Assembly (NCBI GenBank): GCA_963663475.2
Contig: CAXXJV010000001.1
Location: 1,408,001-1,472,000, forward strand
Direction of reading: 5' to 3'
From: Candidatus Cloacimonadales bacterium
GTDB lineage: Bacteria; Cloacimonadota; Cloacimonadia; Cloacimonadales; JAFGVF01
DNA length: 64,000 nt
The notes under the pieces are model-generated. The model had not been told where the DNA came from. It searched no databases and saw only the letters and a list, made by a program, of their open reading frames with translations. This document shows positions 20,968 through 30,793 of the stretch, piece after piece. Every line of letters starts with the position of its first letter. Position 1 is the first letter of the stretch. A program made the translations under genes and the position numbers.

Positions 20968-21642
20968 ATGCTCAGACTTGCAATTCATGTTGAAGGTCAA
21001 ACTGAAAGGAGCTTTGTAAGTGAACTTTTAGCCCCATATTTTCTCCAATTTAATATTTTTGTCCAACCTATAATCATTTGTACTAGTAAAGATCATTGTG
21101 GTAAAAAGCATCTTGGTGGACTTACCAGAAAATCATACAACAATAATGTAAGGAAAGAACTGATAAGACTTCTAAATAGCTTCGATTTTGTTACAACTTT
21201 ATATGATTATTATGGTATTCCTAGTGATTTCCCTGGTTTTGATAGCCAAGAAAAAAATGCAGATAAACAAATTGATAACATTTGTAAGGCTTTAGAAAAA
21301 GACCTTAACAAAAAGAATTTCTTTCCTTTTCTAATTAAACATGAATTTGAAAGTTTATTGTTCACAAAACCAGAATCTGCCAGTCTTATAGATGAAGACC
21401 TTGCTTTAGAAATGAAAAAAATATTAATGGAATTTAATAATCAACCTGAAATGATAAACAATAATAAAAATACTTCACCATCTCATAGGATAATAGCAAC
21501 ATTCCCTTCATATAAAAAGGTTTTACATGGCAACTTAATTGCCAAAGATATTGCACTTGATAATATGCTAAACATGTGCCCACATTTCTCTTCTTGGATT
21601 GAAAAAATTAAAGATTTAGCTAATCAAATCACTTATCTATAG
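20968..21642 (+). CDS. DUF4276-family TOPRIM-like protein
   Basis: VEGQTE, DYYG, HEFESLL, PE.IN, CPHF..W; start codon abuts the ATPase stop. Confidence 0.8.
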   Translation: MLRLAIHVEGQTERSFVSELLAPYFLQFNIFVQPIIICTSKDHCGKKHLGGLTRKSYNNNVRKELIRLLNSFDFVTTLYDYYGIPSDFPGFDSQEKNADKQIDNICKALEKDLNKKNFFPFLIKHEFESLLFTKPESASLIDEDLALEMKKILMEFNNQPEMINNNKNTSPSHRIIATFPSYKKVLHGNLIAKDIALDNMLNMCPHFSSWIEKIKDLANQITYL

Positions 21643-21795
21643 CAAGTGCAACCTTTGTTATTGTCTTGCTACTTAATCTTGCTTGAAAGCTGATTCTAAA
21701 ATAAGAAATATCTATTAAATAAAAAAGGTGATAAGCCATCTTTCAATCTATGTCTTACCACCGAAAACTACTGCACCATTTGGTTAAAAACTATT

Positions 21796-21906
21796 GACTC
21801 AAGTTCAAGTTTGGTGGAAAAAACTCAAGTAAATCAGAATGTTTTATTAGAATTGAGATTTAACAAAAATCCCCCTTGGGGAATTAAGACTTATCCTTTC
21901 AGGATT
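21796..21906 (-). repeat. Fragment of the REP-arm outer flank
   Basis: Similar to the reverse complement of 56697-56787 and to 963-1000. Confidence 0.6.
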
Positions 21907-22034
21907 GCGTTTTTTTCGCAAGCAAAACCTACTCCTATCAGTAAAATTATACTTGTAACATTTTATCATTCAATTAATATGCCATACTAAAAGTCTCTTT
22001 TTAACCATCAGTCTTGAACTTGGGCCAAACTATT

Positions 22035-22451
22035 TTATCTTTTTATCACTAAGCAGTTAGCCATTTTATCATGAAGAGCTTGTTTTTGGTCAGTAAAGGC
22101 TGCCATAAGATAGCCAATCATAAGGATAAAAGCTGAAACTATTTTACCAAAGTGTCTACCTGTAGCCCTTAAGAAACCTATTCTCCTACCATAAATATCA
22201 ACAACTTTAAGTCCCAGAATGAATTTTCCTAGAGAGGCTTGCATAGGAGAGCTTTCCAAGATAGAGAAATATAACCAGAAGATTAAAGTGTTCATTAAAG
22301 TAATTGGTGAATTTAAGGCATCAAAATAAGTTTGATCAATACTAAAAGCTGGGGCATCAAATCCCATTAAGAGAAGTCTTGAAATTAAGGTAATAATAAT
22401 TGAATCAATGATTGCTGCAAAAAATCTAAGCCAAAAGCCTGCATATTTCAT
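22035..22451 (-). CDS. RDD family membrane protein
   Basis: YAGFWLRFFAAIID, QASLGK..LGLKVVD, QALHDKMA. Confidence 0.92.
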   Translation of the reverse strand: MKYAGFWLRFFAAIIDSIIITLISRLLLMGFDAPAFSIDQTYFDALNSPITLMNTLIFWLYFSILESSPMQASLGKFILGLKVVDIYGRRIGFLRATGRHFGKIVSAFILMIGYLMAAFTDQKQALHDKMANCLVIKR

Positions 22452-22579
22452 AGTAATACTCCATATTTTTTTAACAAACTTAAGGTTTATTTTTATTTTG
22501 TCAAGTATAAAAGCAAGTAATTCAGATTTTTTTCAAGAAATACTTTATATCTTTAACTCAAATAATTAAGTAGGTCTTT

Positions 22580-22746
22580 GAACCCAAATAATGCAGTAGA
22601 CCTTTGTGAACAGCACTATATTCTTCTGCAAAAGTAACTTCCATAATTTCTCCGAATATATAAAATACATGCGTCAAAATTCTGTAAGCTATTTTGCTAG
22701 AATAATCTGCACTCTTCACTAAAGCTCTACTACACTATCTGGGTTG
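22580..22746 (+). repeat. MITE copy
   Basis: AACCCAAATAATGCAGTAGA...TCTACTACACTATCTGGGTT. Confidence 0.85.
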
Positions 22747-22982
22747 AAAATAATTGAATATTCATTTGTAAAACTAACTTTTATAAATCTCCCTACTATA
22801 TATTTTGTCTGCATTTAAACTCTTCAAGTTATTTTTTACAAGAACTTGCATTTTTCTCTAAAGCTCGAATGCCTAATTTGGGATTATAGTAAATTCATTC
22901 TGCTGTAATCCAACTATGCCGTAATTTGGGGAAAGAAAAAACCCTTCCTGAGAAGGGTTTATATAATCCGGGAAATATCATC

Positions 22983-23300
22983 CTATAAATAGGCTTGAAT
23001 TTTCTTAATAAGCGTACTTTTATTGACTAAGCCAACAGTCTGTTCCTTAATTTGGCCATCTTTAAATAAGATAAGGGTAGGGATAGACATAACAGAATAT
23101 TTTCCTGCTATTGCTGGAGCTTCATCAATATTAATTTTAACTACTTTAAGTTTTCCTTCTAATTCTTGAGCTATTTTTTCTACAGTAGGGGTTAAAGCCT
23201 TACAAGGACCACACCAGGGAGCCCAAAAATCTACTAAAACAGGGATATCTGAATTTTCAACGATTTCGGTAAAGTTTGTTTCGTTTACTTCAATCATCAT
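22983..23300 (-). CDS. trxA: Thioredoxin
   Basis: DFWAPWCGPCK, SIPTL. Confidence 0.96.
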   Translation of the reverse strand: MMIEVNETNFTEIVENSDIPVLVDFWAPWCGPCKALTPTVEKIAQELEGKLKVVKINIDEAPAIAGKYSVMSIPTLILFKDGQIKEQTVGLVNKSTLIKKIQAYL

Positions 23301-23572
23301 TACTCCACGATAGCAAGAATATCTGAACGGGAAATGATTAGATATTTCTCACCATCAAGTTCAACTTCGTTTCCACCATACTTAGCGTAAAGTACAGTAT
23401 CTCCAACTTTAACAATTTCTTGCAAATCTTCGTCATTACCAACAGCAATGATTTCACCCATTTGTGGTTTTTCTTTTGCACTGTCTGGAATGTATAAATT
23501 TCCAACTTTTTTCTCTGTAGGTTTTTGATCTAATTTAATCACTACACGATCATCAATAGGTTTAAGTATCAT
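23300..23572 (-). CDS. groES: Co-chaperonin GroES
   Basis: LKPIDDRVVI, IPDSAKEKPQ.G, VKVGD.VLY.KYGG, DILAIV. Confidence 0.96.
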   Translation of the reverse strand: MILKPIDDRVVIKLDQKPTEKKVGNLYIPDSAKEKPQMGEIIAVGNDEDLQEIVKVGDTVLYAKYGGNEVELDGEKYLIISRSDILAIVE

Positions 23573-23618
23573 CTTATACCTCCGTTTTTTTGATTTATTT
23601 TTATTTAAAGTTCATTAT

Positions 23619-23645
23619 TTAGCAAACATATTTTCAGACTGCTAA
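23619..23645 (-). promoter_or_regulatory. CIRCE-like operator upstream of groES
   Basis: Minus strand TTAGCAGTC-N9-GTTTGCTAA, just downstream of TTGACT. Confidence 0.75.
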
Positions 23646-23708
23646 ATTTAGTCAAGATTTTTTTTAGTTAAATTTTAAATTCTTTTTTATTCTTATGCAT
23701 CCCTAATA

Positions 23709-23765
23709 CTTCCTTTACACTCTTTCGATGAAAGGCGGACTTTCATCGAAAGAGTGTAAAGGAAG
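23709..23765. repeat. Perfect 26 bp-stem palindrome
   Basis: CTTCCTTTACACTCTTTCGATGAAAG-GCGGA-CTTTCATCGAAAGAGTGTAAAGGAAG; second copy at 54874-54943. Confidence 0.85.
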
Positions 23766-24015
23766 GCTTAAGGATCCTAGAGGCAAAATTGCTAAGAAAT
23801 ATTAGAAATTTAAGTCTAGCAAAAATCTCAAGAATCATGAGTGAATCTTTATGAAGTCGAGTTTTTTCTAATAAGAGAGGAAGAATAAAATCAGTCTTTA
23901 TTTCAAAAATATAAGATAAAAATAAATCTAACTCCCTATATTGAAGAATGTTAACTGATTAGCAATAGTGGGAAAATAAGGTTTGACATTAGGTTAAAAT
24001 TGAGTATCTTATATT

Positions 24016-24210
24016 TAACCTAAATAATGCAGTAGATCTTTGTGAAATGCAGAATATTCTTATGCAAAAGCATCTTACATAATTTTCATGAATATATATT
24101 ATATGCTTTCAAATTTTGCAAATTATTTTGCTATAATAATCTGCACTCTTCACCTGTGATACCTAGCTTTAGCCAAGTATTACTAAAGTTCTAAGCATCA
24201 TCTAGGATTA
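24016..24210 (+). repeat. MITE copy carrying a 30 bp insert
   Basis: MITE consensus with extra ACCTGTGATACCTAGCTTTAGCCAAGTATT at 24152-24181. Confidence 0.8.
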
Positions 24211-24229
24211 ATTTCGTAAAGGAGAAAAA

Positions 24230-25693
24230 ATGCCTAAAGAAAAAAATAATACAAAAGCTGAGATTAAAACAAAAGATAATAAGAAGGTTGATCAAATAAA
24301 GCAAGCTGTCTTGGAAAATGATGAAATTTTGTTACACACTCGTGATCATGCAGAATTTCATAATGCTTATACTTTGGAATCTGTAAAGAAAGGGATTAAG
24401 TTTCTAAAGGTAGTATATGGAGAAAAACTCAAGTTAGATGAAAATAATGTTGATCATAATATGATTGACCAGCTTAGAACAATTGGAAAGGATATTTACT
24501 TCTTTATTTCTTCTCTTACAGCAGGCACAACTCCTGAAATATATATCAAGAGGAAATATGAATTTATTCGTAACCTATCTCAAAAAGCTCAAATAGGTGC
24601 TAATAATAAAGAAATGTTCTATCTTGCTTGGAATGGTCTTATCACAAACGATAGTTTTAAAAGATTAATTAGACAAAAGTTTGGTCTTGAACAATTTTGG
24701 GATGATTTATGCCCACAAAACATACCTTCACGAGGTAGTGAATTAACCAGATATAGGACAAAATTCGTTTTAGCCTTAGATATGGCTAGTAGGCAAGATG
24801 GTAGTCGTCGTCTGGAAGGTAGGCAATTAGATGATGGATCAGGTTTGATAATGAAGGAGAGGATAATTTGGCTACCTAACGGTAAGGCTATGCCCTTATA
24901 TCCTAACGCTTATGTCCCATTGAATCAAACCCAGGTCATATTGATTAGACATGGTAAATCTATTCATGAATCTGGAGGTTCTAATCCTGAATTTGTTGGT
25001 TCTGGCTATTGGGATTCTTGGCATAACAATAGAAGGGTTTCTTATTCTGTGGGAAATTCACTTAAAGAAGAAGGGATTGAAACTGCTAAGTCTTTAGGCT
25101 TAGATTTCAAAGTGGCAGTTGATGCTTTGCAGAATGAAGGATATCGTTTTTGGGCATATTCTAAAGAAAACCCCATAAATGTATTTGGAAGTGAATCTGA
25201 GAATACTGAACAAACTTCCCGATATTTTCTCTCTGGAGCTGAATACACAAACATTAATTTTAAGGCTATTTACGGGCTTAACTCTCAAAAGTATGGAGCT
25301 TTGACTCATAAATATAAGAATGATATTTTTAAGGAAGTAGTAGATATATATGGTCAAGACTGGCCTGGAAACGAGTCTGATAAAATCAAGAAAGCTAAGG
25401 CTATGTTAAAAAATAGATTTTATCATTATCCTGAAGGAGAGACCTTAATAGAGGCTGACTGGAGAATTGGCTATAGTTTTATTCAGCTTTTGAAAGAAAA
25501 TCAAGGTAAGAGAATCCTGCTTTGTGATCATTCTGGTGCTATCAGAGTCTTTGAAGCTATTATTAGAACCCTTGATTTTGCTGATTATTCTTCATTAAAA
25601 GAGGGACAAGATTCTATTATGGCTCTTATATATCAGCCAGGAATGAATATTCGCTATGATTATTTACAGAAGAAAGAATTCAAACTTAGGTAA
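24230..25693 (+). CDS. Histidine phosphatase superfamily protein with a long N-terminal extension
   Basis: ILIRHG, YPEGET, LLCDHSGAIR motifs in the C-terminal half. Confidence 0.65.
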   Translation: MPKEKNNTKAEIKTKDNKKVDQIKQAVLENDEILLHTRDHAEFHNAYTLESVKKGIKFLKVVYGEKLKLDENNVDHNMIDQLRTIGKDIYFFISSLTAGTTPEIYIKRKYEFIRNLSQKAQIGANNKEMFYLAWNGLITNDSFKRLIRQKFGLEQFWDDLCPQNIPSRGSELTRYRTKFVLALDMASRQDGSRRLEGRQLDDGSGLIMKERIIWLPNGKAMPLYPNAYVPLNQTQVILIRHGKSIHESGGSNPEFVGSGYWDSWHNNRRVSYSVGNSLKEEGIETAKSLGLDFKVAVDALQNEGYRFWAYSKENPINVFGSESENTEQTSRYFLSGAEYTNINFKAIYGLNSQKYGALTHKYKNDIFKEVVDIYGQDWPGNESDKIKKAKAMLKNRFYHYPEGETLIEADWRIGYSFIQLLKENQGKRILLCDHSGAIRVFEAIIRTLDFADYSSLKEGQDSIMALIYQPGMNIRYDYLQKKEFKLR

Positions 25694-25740
25694 ATAAGTT
25701 TTAAAAAATGTTTGAATAAACAACTTGAAAAGATTGGAAA

Positions 25741-25771
25741 AAAAAGCCTCTATCGAATAAGATAGAGGCTT
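25741..25771. terminator. Hairpin terminator between convergent genes
   Basis: AAGCCTCTATC-GAATAA-GATAGAGGCTT with adjacent A tract. Confidence 0.65.
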
Positions 25772-25782
25772 AAATTATTATT

Positions 25783-25949
25783 TAACCCAAATAATGCAGT
25801 AGACCTTTGCGAATAGCACTATCTTCTTTTGCAAAAGTAAGCTACATAATTTTCAGGAATATATATTATATGCCTTCAAATTCTGTAACTTATTTTGCTA
25901 AAAGAATCTAGCACTCTTCATCAAAGTTCTACTGCACCATTCGGGTTTA
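25783..25949 (+). repeat. MITE copy, near-identical to 45678-45846
   Basis: Terminal inverted repeats AACCCAAATAATGCAGTAGA / TCTACTGCACCATTCGGGTT. Confidence 0.9.
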
Positions 25950-25954
25950 ACAAT

Positions 25955-27289
25955 CTAATTTTTTAATTCTTTGATTAGAGATTCTAAATCTACTCTTAAA
26001 TCATTATCTTTATTGAACTTATTTTCTATCATTCTCTTGGCATGGAGAACAGTAGTGTGGTCTTTTCTATTAAAGTACAAGGCAATTTCTTTTAAAGATG
26101 TTTGAGGAATTAAGAGACAGATTAGATACATGGCAACCTGACGCGGGAAGGCAATTGTTTTAACTCTAGTTTTATCCATAATCTGTTTTCTGGTAATACT
26201 ATAAAACTTGCAAACTTTATCAATAATAGAATCCATGTTAATATCTTTAGGCTTATCAGTAATCATGTCTCCTAAAATATCTAGTACCATAGTTTTATTG
26301 ATATCTAGAGGGTTGACTTTATTATAAGATGCATAGGCTAAGATTCTAATAAGAGAACCTTCCAAGGCTCGAACTGAGCTTGTAATACCTTCAGCAATAA
26401 ATTCAATTATATCATTCTGTAAGACAATATTTTGATTATCAGCTTTCTTCTTGAGAATAGCAACTCTTGTTTCAAAGTCAGGATTTTTTAAATCTGCCAG
26501 AAGGCCTGATTCAAAACGAGTAACTAATCTATTTTCAAGATCAGGAATATCCTTAGGAGGGCGGTCACTAGTCAAGATAATTTGCTTTTTTGAGGATAGA
26601 AGGGCATTAAAAGTATGGAAGAACTCCTCCTGAGTCCCTTCTTTCTTAGCTAAAAAATGAATATCATCCACTAAGAGGACATCTACATGACGAAACTTCT
26701 GTCTGAATGTGGTCATACTATTGCCCCTAATAGATTCAATCATTTGATTAGTGAATTCTTCTGAACTAATATAATAGATGGTTTTGTTTTTATCAATTTC
26801 AAGGAGATAATGGCCAACAGCTTGCATTAAATGAGTTTTGCCCATTCCCGATTCACCGTAGATGAAGAGAGGATTATATGTAGAACCAGGAGATTCGGCA
26901 ACTGCCATGGCAGCAGAATAAGCAAAATTGTTATTCTTACCAACAACAAACTGGTCAAATGTATAAAACTCATTTAGAGGAGGTAGGTCGTAATTGTCTC
27001 CTAATCCACTCTTTTTGATTTTATGAGTAGGTCTTTTTTTCAAGGAAGAATCATCATTAAGGAAACGAATATCAAACTTCTTATGATATAGATTAAATGC
27101 CAGTTCAGAAATCATACTAGCATAATTCTTGTTAAGAAAATCTGAGGCAACTTTTGTAGGTGTCATTATATAAAGTGTTTCATCCTCAAATTTAACTAGT
27201 TTAGTTTCGCTAAACCATGTATTAAAACTCTGTTTTGCTACATGTTCTTCTAATTCATCTAATATATTTTGCCAAATATCTTGATCCAT
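25955..27289 (-). CDS. dnaA: Chromosomal replication initiator DnaA
   Basis: YNPLFIYGESGMGKTHL, QEEFFHTFN, RKDHTTVLHA. Confidence 0.99.
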   Translation of the reverse strand: MDQDIWQNILDELEEHVAKQSFNTWFSETKLVKFEDETLYIMTPTKVASDFLNKNYASMISELAFNLYHKKFDIRFLNDDSSLKKRPTHKIKKSGLGDNYDLPPLNEFYTFDQFVVGKNNNFAYSAAMAVAESPGSTYNPLFIYGESGMGKTHLMQAVGHYLLEIDKNKTIYYISSEEFTNQMIESIRGNSMTTFRQKFRHVDVLLVDDIHFLAKKEGTQEEFFHTFNALLSSKKQIILTSDRPPKDIPDLENRLVTRFESGLLADLKNPDFETRVAILKKKADNQNIVLQNDIIEFIAEGITSSVRALEGSLIRILAYASYNKVNPLDINKTMVLDILGDMITDKPKDINMDSIIDKVCKFYSITRKQIMDKTRVKTIAFPRQVAMYLICLLIPQTSLKEIALYFNRKDHTTVLHAKRMIENKFNKDNDLRVDLESLIKELKN

Positions 27290-27315
27290 ATCTACCTTTT
27301 CTGTGTTTTAAAAAA

Positions 27316-27800
27316 TTATTATTTATCTATCTTATCCACGATATGTGGATAAGTATTTTTTAGTGTATAAAATTCCTCTATTTCAAGTATTTAACTGAGT
27401 TATCTTGTGGTTATTATAAATTTATCCACAAGTTATCCACTTAGTGAAAAGCAAACTTACATATCACCCCAGATTACTTATTTATGAGAGGTAGGATTTA
27501 AAATATTCTGAACTTTTATCTTGTCAAGTATCTATATTTAAGCTTAATTCTTAAGAAATTATAGTAACTTAAAAATTAATAGTGATTTACTAGAATTACC
27601 AGCTAACTAAGGATAAGTAATAGTGATTCTTTAATTAGTTATGAGATAATTATTTAAGAAATTGTTAATTATTTTTTAAGAAATAACATTTTCTTATTCT
27701 TTTTATGATTTATTTTAGAATAAACTTATTTGACTTTTGGAAAATTTACTATAAAATAGAAATTACTAAAAACAATCTTGTCACTTTGTCTATCAGACTC
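27316..27800. other. Probable oriC / dnaA promoter region
   Basis: DnaA boxes TTATCCACG 27332, TGTGGATAA 27344, TTATCCACA 27422, TTATCCACT 27433, followed by a very AT-rich tract. Confidence 0.7.
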
Positions 27801-27883
27801 TACTTAAAAAATAAAATAATCACTTGCCAAGAATCTTCATATTAATATTTTTCATTTATATGATAATTTTTTAGGAGTCATTT

Positions 27884-30757
27884 ATGAAGAAAGTTTTTAT
27901 CCTTGTAGCACTAACTTTATGTATAATTAGTATATATTCCCACCCCAGATTAGACCTTAGTTCAAGAAGATTTTTTGATCAAAATAAAGAAAATACTAGA
28001 ATAGATTCCTTACATGGTTTTGATGTAATTAGCTATTATGTCGATATTGAAATAGATGATCAAGAAAACTATATAGAGGGTTATGTACAAACAGAACTCC
28101 TAGCCCAAGAAAACTTAGAGTATGTTGAATATAATTTGGTTGGTCTTGAAGTTGAAAGTGTGCTTATTGATGGTGTTAATGCCAACTATACCTATGAGAA
28201 TGATATTATTTCTATACCTGTTGATGTGGAAAATAATCAACAGTTTACTAGTAAAGTTTTCTACTCTGGTTATCCTCAACTTTCAGATGATGGCTATAAT
28301 ATTGGAATGGTATTCAGACCTAACATGGTCTTTACTATTTCTGATCCTAACGCAACAAGAAATTGGTTCCCTTGTTATGATCATCCCTGGGATAAGGCTA
28401 TTGTAAGTTTTAATGTTACTTGTAGAGATGATTGGGTAGCTGCTTGTAATGGACTTCAGGGTCAAACAATTGATAATGGCGATGGTACTAAAAGCTATGA
28501 ATGGCTAGGAGAAAATCCTATGTCCACATATCTAGCGGTTATTCATATTGCTCCCTATTCCTTAATTGAACAAACTTTTACTAAAGAAAATGGACAAGTT
28601 ATCCCAATCCAACACTTTGTCCAAAATAATATTTATGAAGATTGCTTGGTTGATTTTGAAAGAGTTCCTGAAATGATGCAGGCTTATAGTGATGCTTACG
28701 GAGAATATCCCTTCGAAAAGTATGGACAAGCTATAGTTAACATGCAAACCTATGGGGCTATGGAACACCAAACAATGACAACTTTAGGAGTTTCATATAT
28801 AGATGGTTCTCCTAATGATCCTGAATATACTGTTGCCCACGAACTTTCTCATCATTGGTTTGGTAATTGTCTTACTCCTTTTACCTGGAAAGATGTTTGG
28901 CTATCAGAAGGATTTGCTACCTATTCAGAAGCTGTCTGGGCTAATTATTTGCTTGGTTATGATGCAATGATTGAGTATGTTAATATTAATATTCAGAATT
29001 ATTATAAAAATTGGCAAAACTCTGCAGGACCTCAGGTAATTTATGATCCTGAATATCTAGAATATTTTACTCCACCATCTTACGAAAAAGCAGCCTCTGT
29101 TTTGCATATGTTAAGACTGGAATTAGGAGATGAAGTATTTTGGAATATGATTCAGACTTGGTATGCAGATAACCAATATGGAAATATTGTTACCGAAGAA
29201 TTTATTGCACATTGCCAAGATATCTCAGGACTAGACTTAAGCCAGTTCTTTGAGCAATGGATTTATTCATCAGGTATTCCCTCTTATGAGTATGCTGTTT
29301 TAAGAAATCCAGAAACAAATCAGATAAAATTCTATAATAATGTTACTTCTGATAGTGGAAATGACTTCTATCTTACAATTCCTTTTCATCTTGGACAGGA
29401 TTCAGATTCTCTGAGAACAGTCTTTACGCCTGGTTTTAGTATGACTCCTGCCATTTCAGTATCAAATGTAGATTTACCAGTACATGTAGATCCAGATTCA
29501 TGGAATCTAATCGAAGGTTCACAGGAATTAACCTTAGAAATGATAAGTGCTTACGCTGGAGATGGCCAGGCTTTAATAACTTGGAATTCCTTTGCTAATG
29601 AAGAAGACTTTGCAGGATATAAGCTATATATGAAGGAAGTTACCGAGAGTCAATGGACTTTAGTCAATCAAGAAGTTATTAATGCTAGATCATACTTAGT
29701 TGATAATCTTGAAAATGGTATAGATTATCATTTTTATGTAGTTATTGTTGATGCTACTGGTTTTGAATCTTATCCAACAAATAGTTTAGATATGATAGTC
29801 ACTCCTCAAGCAATAGAAGCTAGTCAGTCAATTCTAATTATTGATGATAGTGCTGATGGAATAGGGGCTTTATTAAGTCCTTCTGATCAAGAAATAGATA
29901 ATTACTATAATAATATGATTTTTCAAGGTTATCAAGTATCTAACCTAGATTTAAACCAAGAAGAACTTACTTACCCAGTTTTGGCTGATTATGATGTTGT
30001 TATCTGGCATAATGATACTGTCTCTTCAAGTGATTTACCTGATTATGAGAACATGCTTGGTAATTATTTACTCTCTGGTGGTAAATTAGTAATTTCAGGT
30101 TGGAAGACAGTTTTAGATTTATCCCCATCATTCCTTGAACTCTTTATGGGAGTTACAGGTTTTGAACTTTATAATTCACCTATAATGAATTCAGCTCAAT
30201 CTACAAGTGATTTATATCCTGATTTGGTAACAGATAGTAGTCTGTTACCTGGTCCTTGGAATGGTAATATTTCTATGATAACAAGTTTTGAAGTTGCTTC
30301 TGCTAGTGAACTCTATACTATCTCTGATCCTGAAGCAATTGTTGCAGTGACTTCTGGCTCAGATAATACTTGGGAAACTTACTTCTTTGGCTTTCCTCTC
30401 TATTATTTCAATGCCCAAGAGGTAAGAACTATGATGCTATCAATTCTAAGCAACACTAATCCTCCTGTTGATAATGAAAATAATGAGGTTGAACTTGCTC
30501 AAGAAACTTATATGATATATCCTAATCCAGTTGGAAAAGACTTAAATATTCAATCTAATATAAAATCAGACAAAAGTTTAAATATCACACTCTATAATAT
30601 TAGAGGTCAGAAAGTGCTTACTGAAAACAATAGCTACATGAAAAATGGCTTATTAAGATTAAGCTTTGCAGAAAAAAAATTAGCAAATGGAGTATATTTT
30701 ATTAAAATTTCAAGTAAAGATAATGAAGAATTAAGAAAACTTCTAATTTTAAAATAA
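27884..30757 (+). CDS. Secreted M1 aminopeptidase with FN3-like and C-terminal sorting-type domain
   Basis: Signal peptide, GAMEH, HELSH..WLSEG, YEKAA, C-terminal YPNP...YNIRGQKV...GVYFIK. Confidence 0.88.
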   Translation: MKKVFILVALTLCIISIYSHPRLDLSSRRFFDQNKENTRIDSLHGFDVISYYVDIEIDDQENYIEGYVQTELLAQENLEYVEYNLVGLEVESVLIDGVNANYTYENDIISIPVDVENNQQFTSKVFYSGYPQLSDDGYNIGMVFRPNMVFTISDPNATRNWFPCYDHPWDKAIVSFNVTCRDDWVAACNGLQGQTIDNGDGTKSYEWLGENPMSTYLAVIHIAPYSLIEQTFTKENGQVIPIQHFVQNNIYEDCLVDFERVPEMMQAYSDAYGEYPFEKYGQAIVNMQTYGAMEHQTMTTLGVSYIDGSPNDPEYTVAHELSHHWFGNCLTPFTWKDVWLSEGFATYSEAVWANYLLGYDAMIEYVNINIQNYYKNWQNSAGPQVIYDPEYLEYFTPPSYEKAASVLHMLRLELGDEVFWNMIQTWYADNQYGNIVTEEFIAHCQDISGLDLSQFFEQWIYSSGIPSYEYAVLRNPETNQIKFYNNVTSDSGNDFYLTIPFHLGQDSDSLRTVFTPGFSMTPAISVSNVDLPVHVDPDSWNLIEGSQELTLEMISAYAGDGQALITWNSFANEEDFAGYKLYMKEVTESQWTLVNQEVINARSYLVDNLENGIDYHFYVVIVDATGFESYPTNSLDMIVTPQAIEASQSILIIDDSADGIGALLSPSDQEIDNYYNNMIFQGYQVSNLDLNQEELTYPVLADYDVVIWHNDTVSSSDLPDYENMLGNYLLSGGKLVISGWKTVLDLSPSFLELFMGVTGFELYNSPIMNSAQSTSDLYPDLVTDSSLLPGPWNGNISMITSFEVASASELYTISDPEAIVAVTSGSDNTWETYFFGFPLYYFNAQEVRTMMLSILSNTNPPVDNENNEVELAQETYMIYPNPVGKDLNIQSNIKSDKSLNITLYNIRGQKVLTENNSYMKNGLLRLSFAEKKLANGVYFIKISSKDNEELRKLLILK

Positions 30758-30793
30758 ATAGTTTAATTCATTTTAGCAAAAAGGGGATTTTCT

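Noticed and set aside
27300-27900. GC-skew switch at the putative origin
   Set aside because: Cannot be judged reliably by eye; it needs computation
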